Source: Thermodesulfovibrionales bacterium
GTDB lineage: Bacteria > Nitrospirota > Thermodesulfovibrionia > Thermodesulfovibrionales > UBA6898
NCBI GenBank assembly: GCA_044450345.1
Contig: JBIOIY010000024.1
Span: 1-40,647, forward strand
Direction of reading: 5' to 3'
Length of the DNA: 40,647 bases
The position numbers were made by a program, and so were the translations under genes. Under the pieces are notes generated by a model. That model was not told the origin of the DNA, ran no database searches, and saw only the letters and a list, made by a program, of their open reading frames with translations. How positions within the stretch are numbered: position 1 is the first letter of the stretch; each line of letters opens with the position of its first letter. Shown one piece after another: positions 8,563 to 19,440 of the stretch.

Positions 8563-9981
8563 TCAGATTAAACTCGACAGTTCCTCTGAGATCGCCCTGA
8601 CCAGTTCAGTCGTGCAAAGGAATTCGTCCCCCATTTCCTTGCTTAGATACACATTACCAATGGAGCCGTTACCGCGCCTGATGGGAAACGAAAGGATGAG
8701 CGGGTTCCGCGAACCTGCGGCCATGTCCGAATTATAGACGAAAGATGGGGCATCCTTGTCCACGGGGTAAAGATAAATTTCTACAGCGCTGAAATTGTAT
8801 TCCTTCATCAGCAGGGTCAGCTGAGGCTTCAACTCCTCCAGCGACGAGCTTTTCTTCGCACTCTGCCTGAACCTCTTTATTACGTAGCCGAAGTATTTTC
8901 TTTTCCGGCCGATGTCGTAGTTCCTGGCAATGTCCCTGAAGAAGGGCAGAAACTCAATATACCCTAAGGCGCGGAGACCAATGACCCCCAGCACCGCAAG
9001 CAGGATCAAGCCGAGGAAGTCAATGTTGAGTTGTCGCCTGATCAGCAACAGCACCGCCATCATAACGCTGATATTGAAAAAGTAGAGAAGGAAAAGGACC
9101 TTCCTCTTGGACAGCCCCTTTTCAAGAAGCTTGTGGTGGATGTGTTCCTTATCGGCGTTGCCGAGGGGGATGCCGCGGTAATACCGCCTTATGACGGCAT
9201 AGAGCATGTCCATGAGAGGGAGACTGAAGGCGACGATAGGGATCATGATCGTAGCGATAGCGGTCGCCTTACGTGAAGAAAGTATCGAGAGGGCCCCCAG
9301 GAAAAATCCGAGGAAGAGGCTCCCTGAGTCTCCCATAAAGATCGATGCCGGCGGAAAATTATAGACGAGAAAACCGGCGAGACTGCCCGCCATGATGATG
9401 AAGGCCAGCTGCATATGCGTGTCGGAGGCGCCGAGGGAGAAAAGCGTAAGAGATATCAGTATCCCGGTCCCCGCGGCGAGGCCGTCCATGCCGTCTATGA
9501 GGTTTATCGCATTTGTCACAACAACGACCCATAGCACCGTAACCGGGAAGCTCATCCATCCCAGGGCGATCGGTGCGCCGAAGGGATTGCTTATGACGGT
9601 GATGCGTACCCCCCAGAAGAAGATGACCGATGCAGCCAGCACTTCAGCGAAAAGTTTGTTCCTTATTGTCGCACCTTTCAGGTCGTCGTAAAGCCCCATG
9701 CAAAATACCATCGCAGAGGCGACGAGGATGCCTGTCAGTCTGTTATGAAAACTGTCCCATTCCCCCCTCGTCAGGGAGAAAACGGCGGGCATCATGAAGG
9801 CGACAAATATGCCTGCGCCGCCGAGCCTTGGGATCTTGCCGGAATGCACCCTCCTGCCTGAACCGGTGTCAATCGCGCCGAGTTTGAACGAGAGGATACG
9901 CATCAACGGCGTGAGCCCGAGGATCAGGACAAAGGCCGCGGCAAAATAGGAGATGAAATAGTAGATCAGTCGTACGGTCAT
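8563..9981 (-). CDS. wecA: Undecaprenyl-phosphate GlcNAc-1-phosphate transferase (WecA/MraY family) with an extra C-terminal soluble domain
   Basis: GLYDD, NAINLIDGMDGL, IFMGDSGS, DKEHIHHKL motifs, about 11 TM helices. Confidence 0.88.
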   Translation of the reverse strand: MTVRLIYYFISYFAAAFVLILGLTPLMRILSFKLGAIDTGSGRRVHSGKIPRLGGAGIFVAFMMPAVFSLTRGEWDSFHNRLTGILVASAMVFCMGLYDDLKGATIRNKLFAEVLAASVIFFWGVRITVISNPFGAPIALGWMSFPVTVLWVVVVTNAINLIDGMDGLAAGTGILISLTLFSLGASDTHMQLAFIIMAGSLAGFLVYNFPPASIFMGDSGSLFLGFFLGALSILSSRKATAIATIMIPIVAFSLPLMDMLYAVIRRYYRGIPLGNADKEHIHHKLLEKGLSKRKVLFLLYFFNISVMMAVLLLIRRQLNIDFLGLILLAVLGVIGLRALGYIEFLPFFRDIARNYDIGRKRKYFGYVIKRFRQSAKKSSSLEELKPQLTLLMKEYNFSAVEIYLYPVDKDAPSFVYNSDMAAGSRNPLILSFPIRRGNGSIGNVYLSKEMGDEFLCTTELVRAISEELSSLI

Positions 9982-10009
9982 AACGCCTTATCCGGACGTA
10001 AAAAAGTTT

Positions 10010-11152
10010 TCATGATAATTTCCGGCGTCTTCTCGCAACAAGAAAGAAGGGGTTTAATATATAGTAGACGACAGCCTTTCCTGAGCTGACCGGCAAGTGA
10101 TACCGCGAAACGATCTCACCCATCGAAGGGAAAAATCTCCGGAGGAGCACCCGAAAAGAACCGGCCAGGTCATCCCGTAAAAAAGCAAACATCATTTTAT
10201 GGACGGGATCAGGGTCGGTCCCTGAAAGCAGCATCTTTAGCGCCGACCTGTAAAGAAACCTTGCCCTGAGACCTTTTATTCGTGCATACGCCCCGGGGAC
10301 CGGCGCGCCGAGGAGTTCAGCCGACATCGCCAACACCGTTCTCAGGACATTTTCGAACTTGAACCTTCCGGCATCGGAGAACATCCTTTCCCAATCAATT
10401 TCATCGCGATAATATTTTATCAACTCTGCCGCCATTCCCAGGAAACGCAGATTGCAGAAGCCCTTTGAAAAGAGTCTGAACGAATTATAGAGTATGTTCT
10501 TTTCAGGTGATAAAAAAAGATATGACTTCCCCTCCATGCTCGCGGCCCTGGATTCTTCCCACCAGAATTCCGGAGGGGCCGTAAAGTACCTGAAGAAGAG
10601 GTTCCAGTGGGGCTCTATGACATACCCGTCCTTCGAAAGGCTGATATGGTACAGCTCCCGGATAAAGAAGTCGCGGTAGTCATCAAACCCCTTATCCAGC
10701 AGGACGTATCCGTCAGATTCGAGAAAATCCTTCATTCGTTGAATATCCCTGACCTTGACGAGAATGTCTATGTCGCCTGAAGGATAAAGTCCAATGTCGC
10801 CGAAGATCGCTTCCGCTGTCATCGGTCCTTTCAGGGAGATGACGTCAATACCCCTGCCGTTCAGTCCTTCAATGATCCTGTCGTGCTCGGAAATAGTAAG
10901 GATGTTACAGCGTAGGCTGCAGTAATATGCATTTTTGAACTTCCCCAGGAGATCTCCCGGGACGTTCTTCAGTTTCCCGAGGTTTTTATAGACGAGGTTA
11001 AAGGTGCCCTGCTTCCCGGAATCGGACAACAGAGAAGCCCAGTCTACCCCCTCTTCGATAACCGCCTGCGCCCTGGAAAGCACCTTCTCATTCGGGGAAA
11101 TGCGGGATAATAACAGGAGGAGTTCGGTTTCTCTGCTCAGTTCGGTATTTAT
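10010..11152 (-). CDS. Uncharacterised nucleotidyltransferase family protein (NTP_transf_5)
   Basis: LKG...SGDIDILV and EPHW motifs. The frame extends 23 codons beyond GTG 11083 to an ATA that overlaps the upstream stop. Confidence 0.8.
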   Translation of the reverse strand: MNTELSRETELLLLLSRISPNEKVLSRAQAVIEEGVDWASLLSDSGKQGTFNLVYKNLGKLKNVPGDLLGKFKNAYYCSLRCNILTISEHDRIIEGLNGRGIDVISLKGPMTAEAIFGDIGLYPSGDIDILVKVRDIQRMKDFLESDGYVLLDKGFDDYRDFFIRELYHISLSKDGYVIEPHWNLFFRYFTAPPEFWWEESRAASMEGKSYLFLSPEKNILYNSFRLFSKGFCNLRFLGMAAELIKYYRDEIDWERMFSDAGRFKFENVLRTVLAMSAELLGAPVPGAYARIKGLRARFLYRSALKMLLSGTDPDPVHKMMFAFLRDDLAGSFRVLLRRFFPSMGEIVSRYHLPVSSGKAVVYYILNPFFLVARRRRKLS

Positions 11153-11910
11153 CTTATACCCCTTCTTACAAAAAACTGCGGTATTTTTGAAAGGTTCTTA
11201 AACGGGATGGTATAGAATTTTTCCCGCAAATGGTTGACCCTCCAGGCCTTGTAATCTTCAGTGGTCTTGATGACCATATTTTTCACGCTCCGGTTGGACG
11301 CACCGCCGGTCCTCATCTTTATCAGCACCTCGGGGATATACCAGGTCGAAATCTTCTCCTTTTCCAGAAACCGGAGCATCAACTCATAGTCCGATGCTAT
11401 CCTGAAATCAGTATTAAAAGAACCGTACCTTTCATAAATCTCTTTTCTTACGAAAAAAGTCGGGTGAGGAGGCATCCAGCCCCTGCCAAACATCCCTTTC
11501 TCATAAGGGCGGGACTTCCAGTACCTGATAATTCTTTCAGGATTATTCTTATCGACGTACAACAGGTCTCCGTAACAGCTGTCCGCATTGCTTCGGCTCA
11601 TGGCTGCCGCGACTTTTCCGATGACGGATGCATCGGCATAGATGTCGTCGGCGTGAAGAAACCCGATCACGTCACCGGTCGCCAGCCGGATGCCCTTGTT
11701 GAGCGCGTCGTAGATGCCGTTGTCGGATTCGCTGGTCCATCTCGAAATCCGGCCTTCATATTTTTTGATAATTTCCACCGTGCCATCCGTAGAGCCCCCA
11801 TCGACTATGATATGCTCTTTGTTGTCATACGTCTGGCCCAGAACCGACTGAATAGAGTCCTCGATAAACTCTCTGCTATTAAGAACTGCGGTGATTATGG
11901 AGATTTTCAT
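11149..11910 (-). CDS. GT2 glycosyltransferase (WcaE-like)
   Basis: KISIITAVLN, DGGSTDGT, DNGIYDALNKG, LHADD, PPHPTFF. Confidence 0.9.
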   Translation of the reverse strand: MKISIITAVLNSREFIEDSIQSVLGQTYDNKEHIIVDGGSTDGTVEIIKKYEGRISRWTSESDNGIYDALNKGIRLATGDVIGFLHADDIYADASVIGKVAAAMSRSNADSCYGDLLYVDKNNPERIIRYWKSRPYEKGMFGRGWMPPHPTFFVRKEIYERYGSFNTDFRIASDYELMLRFLEKEKISTWYIPEVLIKMRTGGASNRSVKNMVIKTTEDYKAWRVNHLREKFYTIPFKNLSKIPQFFVRRGIR

Positions 11911-11933
11911 AAGATCGGTAATGGGTGAGGAGA

Positions 11934-12944
<1,011 letters not shown>

Positions 12945-12948
12945 CTTC

Positions 12949-13773
12949 TCAGTGCAAACTCCTTCTTCTGATCTCTTTTACCTTGAGTGTGATCATGTAC
13001 TCATAAACCGACAATAAGCCGCTGTACACAAATCCCTGATACCCATCAAGGAAGCCGAGCCGCAGAAAATACATATACAAAAATCGAAACACAGGTCTTA
13101 ACGGTAGTCGATAGGAGAGCTCCTTTAAAGCCTTCCGTTTCCGGAAAGGTTCGGAAGAAAGCAGTCCAGGCCAATCGATGCGGCCTTCTTCAAGATGGCG
13201 GACCATCTCCTCCGCCTCCAGCGAAGAGTAGCGATTATGCCTTTCGAACCAGTCTTCAAATCCCTTCGAAAACGAATAATGCAGATAGGGGCTCCTCAGG
13301 ACACCGATCCGCGACTGATCGATATCCTCTTTCTGCCCGTGGCCTACCTGCTTAAACCTGAAATTCGGAATCCTTGTCAACCTTACCTGATAATTGGGAT
13401 ACATGCCGGAATACCTGAGCCACTTCTCGAAGAGTATCATCTTCGAAGGCATGCGATACGCGTCCAAGTTCTGGTCCGGCTCAATAGCGGCGATTTCCGA
13501 GCGCAGCTCCCCGGTTACGATCTCATCAGCGTCAAGATGGAGGACCCACTTATGTTTAAAAGACACATTCTCCAAAGCAAAGTTCCGCTGGTCTGCAAAA
13601 CTGTCGAATTTGCGCTGGTAGATTCTCGCCCCAAATGATTCCGCAATTTCAGTCGTCTTATCCTCACTGAACGAATCCAGCACAACGACATCGTCGCACC
13701 ACGAAACGGCATCAAGACATGCCGGTAGGTTGCTCTCTTCATTAAGGGTCAGAATAAGAACAGATGTAAGCAG
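12949..13773 (-). CDS. GT2 glycosyltransferase (beta-1,4-glucosyltransferase-like)
   Basis: In-frame N-terminus LTSVLILTLNEESNLPACL..WCDDVVVLDSFSED upstream of GTG 13683; LDADE; GFLDG. Probable CTG start at 13773. Confidence 0.88.
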   Translation of the reverse strand: MLTSVLILTLNEESNLPACLDAVSWCDDVVVLDSFSEDKTTEIAESFGARIYQRKFDSFADQRNFALENVSFKHKWVLHLDADEIVTGELRSEIAAIEPDQNLDAYRMPSKMILFEKWLRYSGMYPNYQVRLTRIPNFRFKQVGHGQKEDIDQSRIGVLRSPYLHYSFSKGFEDWFERHNRYSSLEAEEMVRHLEEGRIDWPGLLSSEPFRKRKALKELSYRLPLRPVFRFLYMYFLRLGFLDGYQGFVYSGLLSVYEYMITLKVKEIRRRSLH

Positions 13774-13774
13774 G

Positions 13775-14356
13775 CTATGCCTCAGTCCGCGATGGAGATT
13801 GTGTCCGAAAAGATCTCTTACGGATCACCCTGGCGGGGTTGCCTGCCACAACAGACCACGGGTCAACGTCCTTCACAACCACGGCCCGCGCACCTGCGAC
13901 TGCGCCCTCCCCCATACTCACCCCTGGGCCGACATATGCGTCAGTGCAGACCCATGCCTGATCCCCAATAGAGACCGGCGGCTTAAGCAGCGGCATTGCA
14001 GGATCGGTATAGTCATGCGTCCCGGCGCAAATATGCGCCTTATGGGAAACAGTAGAATATTTCCCTATGGTTACCTTGCCGAGATTATAAATTAATGCAT
14101 ACTCTCCTATTGAGGACCAGTCACCGATTTCCAGGTTCCACGGCATATAAATAATGGCTGAATTATAGATGTGGACCCGCCGCCCCACTTTTGCGCCGAA
14201 CAACCGTAGCAAAAACCTTCTCCAGCCGAATAAAGGACGGGGGCTGCACCGGAAAAAAGGCGAACAGAGTGACCACAAGACCCTCATCGTTATCTCTTTG
14301 GCAGAATATTTTTGCGCTCTCCTGTTTGCCGCGATGTCCAGTTTATCGGGTTGCAT
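13775..14356 (-). CDS. WcaF-like hexapeptide-repeat acetyltransferase
   Basis: LLRLFGAKVG, YMPWNLEIGD, ICAGTHDY, AGNPAR. Confidence 0.88.
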   Translation of the reverse strand: MQPDKLDIAANRRAQKYSAKEITMRVLWSLCSPFFRCSPRPLFGWRRFLLRLFGAKVGRRVHIYNSAIIYMPWNLEIGDWSSIGEYALIYNLGKVTIGKYSTVSHKAHICAGTHDYTDPAMPLLKPPVSIGDQAWVCTDAYVGPGVSMGEGAVAGARAVVVKDVDPWSVVAGNPARVIRKRSFRTQSPSRTEA

Positions 14357-14377
14357 GGATAAGTTTTCTTCCTATGC

Positions 14378-15529
14378 TCAGGCAGCGCCTTGTAGACCGG
14401 AAGTTCCGCTGGAAACAATTTCAAACATGCGTAGCAGCGGCCGGGAGCAAATGTCCCAGTGATATCTTTCAGCATTCTGTCGGGCCGCTTCAGATAATTC
14501 CTGCCATGCGGCGTCATCAGTAAGCAGTTTTGCGATGGCTTTTGCCGTCCCTTCAATATCGTCCGGCTCCGGATAAACGCCGCCTCGTCCACACACCTCG
14601 GGTATTGCGCAGCAGTTGGAACTGACTACCGGCGTCCCGAATGCCTGGGCTTCGACGGCCGGGATGCCAAAGGATTCTGATCTGCTCATAAGGCAGAATA
14701 CTTTTGACTGTGCATAATACTTGTTGAGATCGTCACGTGACGCATAGCCTTTGATTTCAACGATATTATCCATCTTAAGCTCAGGAATAAGTTTCCGAAT
14801 TTTTTGTTCATATGAATGATCGGACCAGGGACCTACAAGGATCAATTCGGCCGGGATTTTATAAATACGTCTGACAAACTCAACCGACCTGATCAGCATG
14901 TCTATCCCTTTATGGGAAGCCATAACCGACACGCAGATGATTTGAAACGGCTTTTTGGAGTCCTTGACCGTTGAGAATTCCCCTGCCCTGAACGTGTCTT
15001 CGTCTAAGCCGGTGTAGACTATTTCCGAGGCCCGTTCGGTGATCCCTGCATTATTGCGGTACATCTGACGCATATAGTCGGACAGAAACAACATCATGAC
15101 AGCTTTCTTCATTGCTTTTTTGTATCCCCACCGCTGCAACATCGATTTGCGATGACCGAATATGCCTTGGTCTATTCCTTTTATAAAAGGCACCGGATTC
15201 ATGGCATACGATATTTGAGGAAATTCGAGCATCGGAGTTATGGTCCCCGAGGCTGTAAGGACAAAATCAACTCTTAATTTTCTGGCGATAGCTGCAAGAT
15301 TGGTCTGTTCCCACCACAATCTTCCTGCCCACTGAGCTGTAATTTCCGGACATTCCCGCCAGGAGACATTTTTGCAGGCGTCGCGACATATGTCCCTGTT
15401 CATACCGTGAAATAAGACGACATATTCATGACGGCCCTGCGTCCATTCGGAAAGTTTTGCCAGATGTCCGAGAAGGACATGCCTGCCGCTGAGGTTTGTG
15501 GCTGAAAGGGCATTGACAAGCACTCGCAT
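14378..15529 (-). CDS. GT4 glycosyltransferase
   Basis: SESFGIPAVEAQAFGTPVV GT4 signature. Confidence 0.9.
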   Translation of the reverse strand: MRVLVNALSATNLSGRHVLLGHLAKLSEWTQGRHEYVVLFHGMNRDICRDACKNVSWRECPEITAQWAGRLWWEQTNLAAIARKLRVDFVLTASGTITPMLEFPQISYAMNPVPFIKGIDQGIFGHRKSMLQRWGYKKAMKKAVMMLFLSDYMRQMYRNNAGITERASEIVYTGLDEDTFRAGEFSTVKDSKKPFQIICVSVMASHKGIDMLIRSVEFVRRIYKIPAELILVGPWSDHSYEQKIRKLIPELKMDNIVEIKGYASRDDLNKYYAQSKVFCLMSRSESFGIPAVEAQAFGTPVVSSNCCAIPEVCGRGGVYPEPDDIEGTAKAIAKLLTDDAAWQELSEAARQNAERYHWDICSRPLLRMFEIVSSGTSGLQGAA

Positions 15530-15602
15530 CGTAAACTCTTACCCCAGCCGTCTCATTTCGTCTTGCCTCTCCATGTCTCACTCCCGAATCCTAAATAGGA
15601 GT

Positions 15603-16760
15603 TCAGCGTAGCGCGTTTTTTTTTTGAAGGACTTCTTCATACACACCCAGCAATTCCCTGCCCATTTTTCCCACCGTAAATTTTGCGGCCTGTTTTAACC
15701 CTTTTGCCACTAAATCGTTTGCCAGCTGCTCGTCCTGAAGCACAGCATCGCATTTTTTTGCCATTTGCACCTCGTCTTCAGGCGGACAGATCAAAGCGGC
15801 ATCGCCCACCACTTCAGGGAGCGACGCAGCATCGGAACACACCACCGGACACCTATAAGTCATCGCTTCGAGGGGCGGCCACCCGAAACCCTCGTATACG
15901 CTGGGGAATAAAAAAAGGCAGGCATTTCTGTATAAATTCTCCAGTGCCGTCTCATCAGGGTCTGCGACAAATTCGATCGCCCCGGAGAGGCCTCTTTCTT
16001 CAACCGCTCTGAGGAGTTCTTTAGTCGGCGCGGGACCCGCCATTACGAGACGCATCTTACATTTTTCCCGGACACGTGAAAATACCCTTACCACACCAGT
16101 CCTGTTTTTATAAAACGCGTTGTTGCCCACGTGCAGCATATAGGCATCATCCCGCCATCGGCGTTCATGCCATGGGGCAGGAGGGGAGTCTGCGGCCCTC
16201 TCCGATATCTCCTTCGGAACGGCCGAGTATATCACGCTGATTTTTTCTGCCGCAACGCCTGCAAGACGGTGGATGTCAGAGGCCGTGTTTCTGCTGACTG
16301 CAATGATCCCGTCGGCATTTCGCATTCCTTCAAGACTGCGGCGGATGAGCCACAGGCCGGTCCGGCTCGGACGGAAATCACCAAGTGAGCCCTGTGCCTG
16401 AAGCAGGGGGATGACGTCGTGAGAAGTGGCGACGACCGGCAGTCGGGGCAACCACTTCGCCACATACGAATGGCTGCCGTCCAGGATATGGATTATATCG
16501 GCCTTGCACCCCAAAAGACGAACCCGCGTAAAGAGCATTATCCATAACTGATGCACCCAATTTCCCAGCCGTCCCGGAAACATTGCAATTATCCAATTAG
16601 GAAAAGCCAGGCGAACACAGGCTACATTCAAAAAAGTATTTGTTCGCGAGACCGAAAGCGCATCTTTCACCATCGTGCAATATATAGCCATACTCCCCCT
16701 CAGGCCGGCAGGGTTAGTATCGAGAAGAACCACACTCAGTGAATCACTTTTTGAATTCAT
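15603..16760 (-). CDS. GT4 glycosyltransferase
   Basis: HDVIP, FPSVYEGFGWPPLEAM..SLPEVVGDA. Confidence 0.92.
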   Translation of the reverse strand: MNSKSDSLSVVLLDTNPAGLRGSMAIYCTMVKDALSVSRTNTFLNVACVRLAFPNWIIAMFPGRLGNWVHQLWIMLFTRVRLLGCKADIIHILDGSHSYVAKWLPRLPVVATSHDVIPLLQAQGSLGDFRPSRTGLWLIRRSLEGMRNADGIIAVSRNTASDIHRLAGVAAEKISVIYSAVPKEISERAADSPPAPWHERRWRDDAYMLHVGNNAFYKNRTGVVRVFSRVREKCKMRLVMAGPAPTKELLRAVEERGLSGAIEFVADPDETALENLYRNACLFLFPSVYEGFGWPPLEAMTYRCPVVCSDAASLPEVVGDAALICPPEDEVQMAKKCDAVLQDEQLANDLVAKGLKQAAKFTVGKMGRELLGVYEEVLQKKNALR

Positions 16761-18202
16761 CTTCTGTTGCGCGGCAGGGATTGACTTCGCAGTACTGCCG
16801 CCCGTGCCACATATTTTTGCTTCTCACTCACGGGTAAGGTAATAATCTTAGAGGGATCGAGATTCTCTTTAGACCTGCCGGCAGAAAGCAGGAGACCTGT
16901 CAGGAATGAAAAGAAGGACAGAATAAACGGGTCGCCGAAGATCTGGTGAGATACGATAAAGCTTCCGGCATTCGCAAAGAAAATGCCGGTCAAGCCTGCC
17001 ATCAGGGCAAAGTCCTCGCTTTTTGGGTCTAGCCGTTTCAGCACGAGTATCAGGATCGTCCTCACAAGCCTGTAGGTCAGAAACAAAAAGCATGTCAACC
17101 CGGGGACCCCTAATTCAACCATCAGTTTGTCGAGGCCGCCCTCCTGCCAGACACGAGGTCTTTCTATCATCAGATTATGGGCTCCTGTAGCCGCCGATCC
17201 GAGCCCCTCTCCAAAGAAGCCGGATTGCTGGTATGTCTCGACCACACCAGCGTAGCTGCCGGCGTTTAAGCGTTGTGGGACATCCCCCATCCGATGAAAA
17301 TAGTAGTTTTCAGTAGCGGTATCGCTGCCCATAAAATCATAGACACTATATCCCAGCAGGACCACGCCCAACAGTATTCCCGCGACAACAACCGTCCTGG
17401 TCCTGCGCCGCGCCTGCCAGTAGAGCCAGGTGAAAACCATGACGAACAGCGGGAACATCATGACCATCTTCCTCCTACCGCAGAGCATCGCCATGCCGAT
17501 TCCCCATGCGGCAATTACAATCCACGCAAACCGTTTGCCGCCCCTGCCTGAGACGGCAAGAATAGTGGCAAGCATTGCCGCAACGATGGCGTGCCAGCCC
17601 ATTACATCAGGACTTCTGTAAAATCCGGCTATCAATTTTATGATGGCGTCATCGCTGTATCTGATCCATTCCATGTTCAAAACCTTAGTCCCTAGTGTCG
17701 GCCAATCCGTGAACAGGTTGAAGTATTCCAGGGCAGTTCCGATGAGCATTACCGATGTCACGACGCAATAGAAGGCGAGCACTTTCCTCGTCTCAAAAAC
17801 GTTTCTCTTGTAGACATTGCCAATCAGCCAACCGAATATCAGCGTGAGGTATGACAATAGCCCAATAAGAATCAACAGCCCTCCCCCGAGGCCGTTAGAC
17901 AGAGACACTATTGCACCAGGAACCAGAGAAATCAAAAAAAGCGTGACGGCAAAGGACAACTTTTTGTGAGACCTCTTGAACCAGAGCCAGAGGGGGAGCC
18001 CCTTGCTGAAGGCGTTGAAGATCATCGCAAAAAAAACGGGGGTCGTGGCCAGGACCAGATATCCAGGGGCGCCGGGAGTCATTTTGCGTATCGGGTCCTG
18101 GAGGGCCCCGATGAGAATCATCAGTAATACGCCTCGCCTCCAGTTAGAGAGGGCCATAAACGATGACACCGCTACGAGCGCAAAAAAGCCATAAAGGTAC
18201 AT
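16757..18202 (-). CDS. Multi-pass membrane protein, Wzy polymerase / O-antigen ligase-like
   Basis: About 11-12 hydrophobic segments, CGRRK loop, periplasmic loop ending G.GLG...ELGVPGL. Start inferred at ATG 18202. Confidence 0.7.
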   Translation of the reverse strand: MYLYGFFALVAVSSFMALSNWRRGVLLMILIGALQDPIRKMTPGAPGYLVLATTPVFFAMIFNAFSKGLPLWLWFKRSHKKLSFAVTLFLISLVPGAIVSLSNGLGGGLLILIGLLSYLTLIFGWLIGNVYKRNVFETRKVLAFYCVVTSVMLIGTALEYFNLFTDWPTLGTKVLNMEWIRYSDDAIIKLIAGFYRSPDVMGWHAIVAAMLATILAVSGRGGKRFAWIVIAAWGIGMAMLCGRRKMVMMFPLFVMVFTWLYWQARRRTRTVVVAGILLGVVLLGYSVYDFMGSDTATENYYFHRMGDVPQRLNAGSYAGVVETYQQSGFFGEGLGSAATGAHNLMIERPRVWQEGGLDKLMVELGVPGLTCFLFLTYRLVRTILILVLKRLDPKSEDFALMAGLTGIFFANAGSFIVSHQIFGDPFILSFFSFLTGLLLSAGRSKENLDPSKIITLPVSEKQKYVARAAVLRSQSLPRNRR

Positions 18203-18206
18203 ACTT

Positions 18207-19430
18207 TTATCTGTCTCCCTTAAACAAGATACCTGCTGGTCCGCTCCGATCGGGACACACATACCTTATTGCATCGATGCAGCCCGATACAACAGCTGAT
18301 ACACTGTACCGCCCCACCATCTTTTCTGCGCTTTCGCCCATTTTGCGCAGGGTTTCAGGTGTTGAGACGAAAGAGACCATGATATAAGATAAAGCCTTCA
18401 CGTCTCCGAACGGGAAGACCTCCCCGGTGTTTCCGGGAAGTATGAGGTCCGGATAGCACCCAACGCGGTCGCTCACAATCGCCGGTCTTCCGCAGGCCAT
18501 CGCCTCGTTCACGACGAGTCCCCAGGTCTCTCCATAATCCGAAGGCAGTATGAGGCAGTCCGAAGCCACGTATGCCCTCACGATCTCCCTCTGGTTCAGG
18601 AACCCGGTAAAAGTGACAGGCAGATTGCTCGCCCGCGCGATTTCCTCACATTTTGCTCTGAGCTCACCGTCGCCCGCCATTAGAAGATGGATGCTCTCCT
18701 TTGCAGTCCTTTGAATTGCAAGGGATAACGCCTCGATCAGATCAAGAGGCCGCTTTTTTTCGATAAACTTGGCGCAATAGAGAAAGGTGACGGCGTCCTC
18801 CGGGATTCCCCATCCGGACCTTATGCGGTTTCGTTCGGGGCTCGAAACATCCGCTTGAGCGTGCAGCCTTCCGTTGTCCACTCCGTACGGGGCCCAGAAA
18901 ATCTTTTCCTCCGGGACACCGTAATTCAGATAAAAATCTCTGTTGCTCTTGCCAATGGCGAGAAAGGCCGCATACTGTCTTAAAAGGATCTTATGAATGA
19001 CCCTGACCCACCAGGGACGCGGACGCATCGCATTAGATTCCCCGCGAACAATGCACGGCACTCCAAGACGTCGGCATGTCAAAAGCAGTTGGAGACAGCT
19101 CTTGACGTTCCATCCGTTTACGATGAACGCATCGAATCCTCCATCCCTTACGATCTTGCCTATGCCGGGGGTATCGCATCCCCTGAACCGTGTCACCGAG
19201 GGCATCTTGGCAACATTATTGAGGACTTCATATCTATAGCCGTCCAGCAGCGGTATGTCCCATTTGAATTTCACGCCGAACCCGTCACCCTGCTGCAACT
19301 CATCCGGCATCATGCAATAAAAGACGGTGAGGTCGATGTCCGCTTCCTGAGCGAGGGCCTGAACCCAGGGCACCTGGTACTGAATCGGATGGGTCGTCAA
19401 GAATCCTATTTTAGTGACCGACGAGTGCAC
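18207..19430 (-). CDS. GT4 glycosyltransferase
   Basis: THPIQYQ, ETWGLVVNEAMACG. Start inferred at GTG 19430 (SD AGGGA). Confidence 0.9.
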   Translation of the reverse strand: MHSSVTKIGFLTTHPIQYQVPWVQALAQEADIDLTVFYCMMPDELQQGDGFGVKFKWDIPLLDGYRYEVLNNVAKMPSVTRFRGCDTPGIGKIVRDGGFDAFIVNGWNVKSCLQLLLTCRRLGVPCIVRGESNAMRPRPWWVRVIHKILLRQYAAFLAIGKSNRDFYLNYGVPEEKIFWAPYGVDNGRLHAQADVSSPERNRIRSGWGIPEDAVTFLYCAKFIEKKRPLDLIEALSLAIQRTAKESIHLLMAGDGELRAKCEEIARASNLPVTFTGFLNQREIVRAYVASDCLILPSDYGETWGLVVNEAMACGRPAIVSDRVGCYPDLILPGNTGEVFPFGDVKALSYIMVSFVSTPETLRKMGESAEKMVGRYSVSAVVSGCIDAIRYVCPDRSGPAGILFKGDR

Positions 19431-19440
19431 TGAAAAATCC

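Noticed and set aside
15548..15582. GTCTCA-like short repeats between two GT4 genes
   Set aside because: Spacing is irregular (10, 7, 8), too weak to call a member of the heptamer family.
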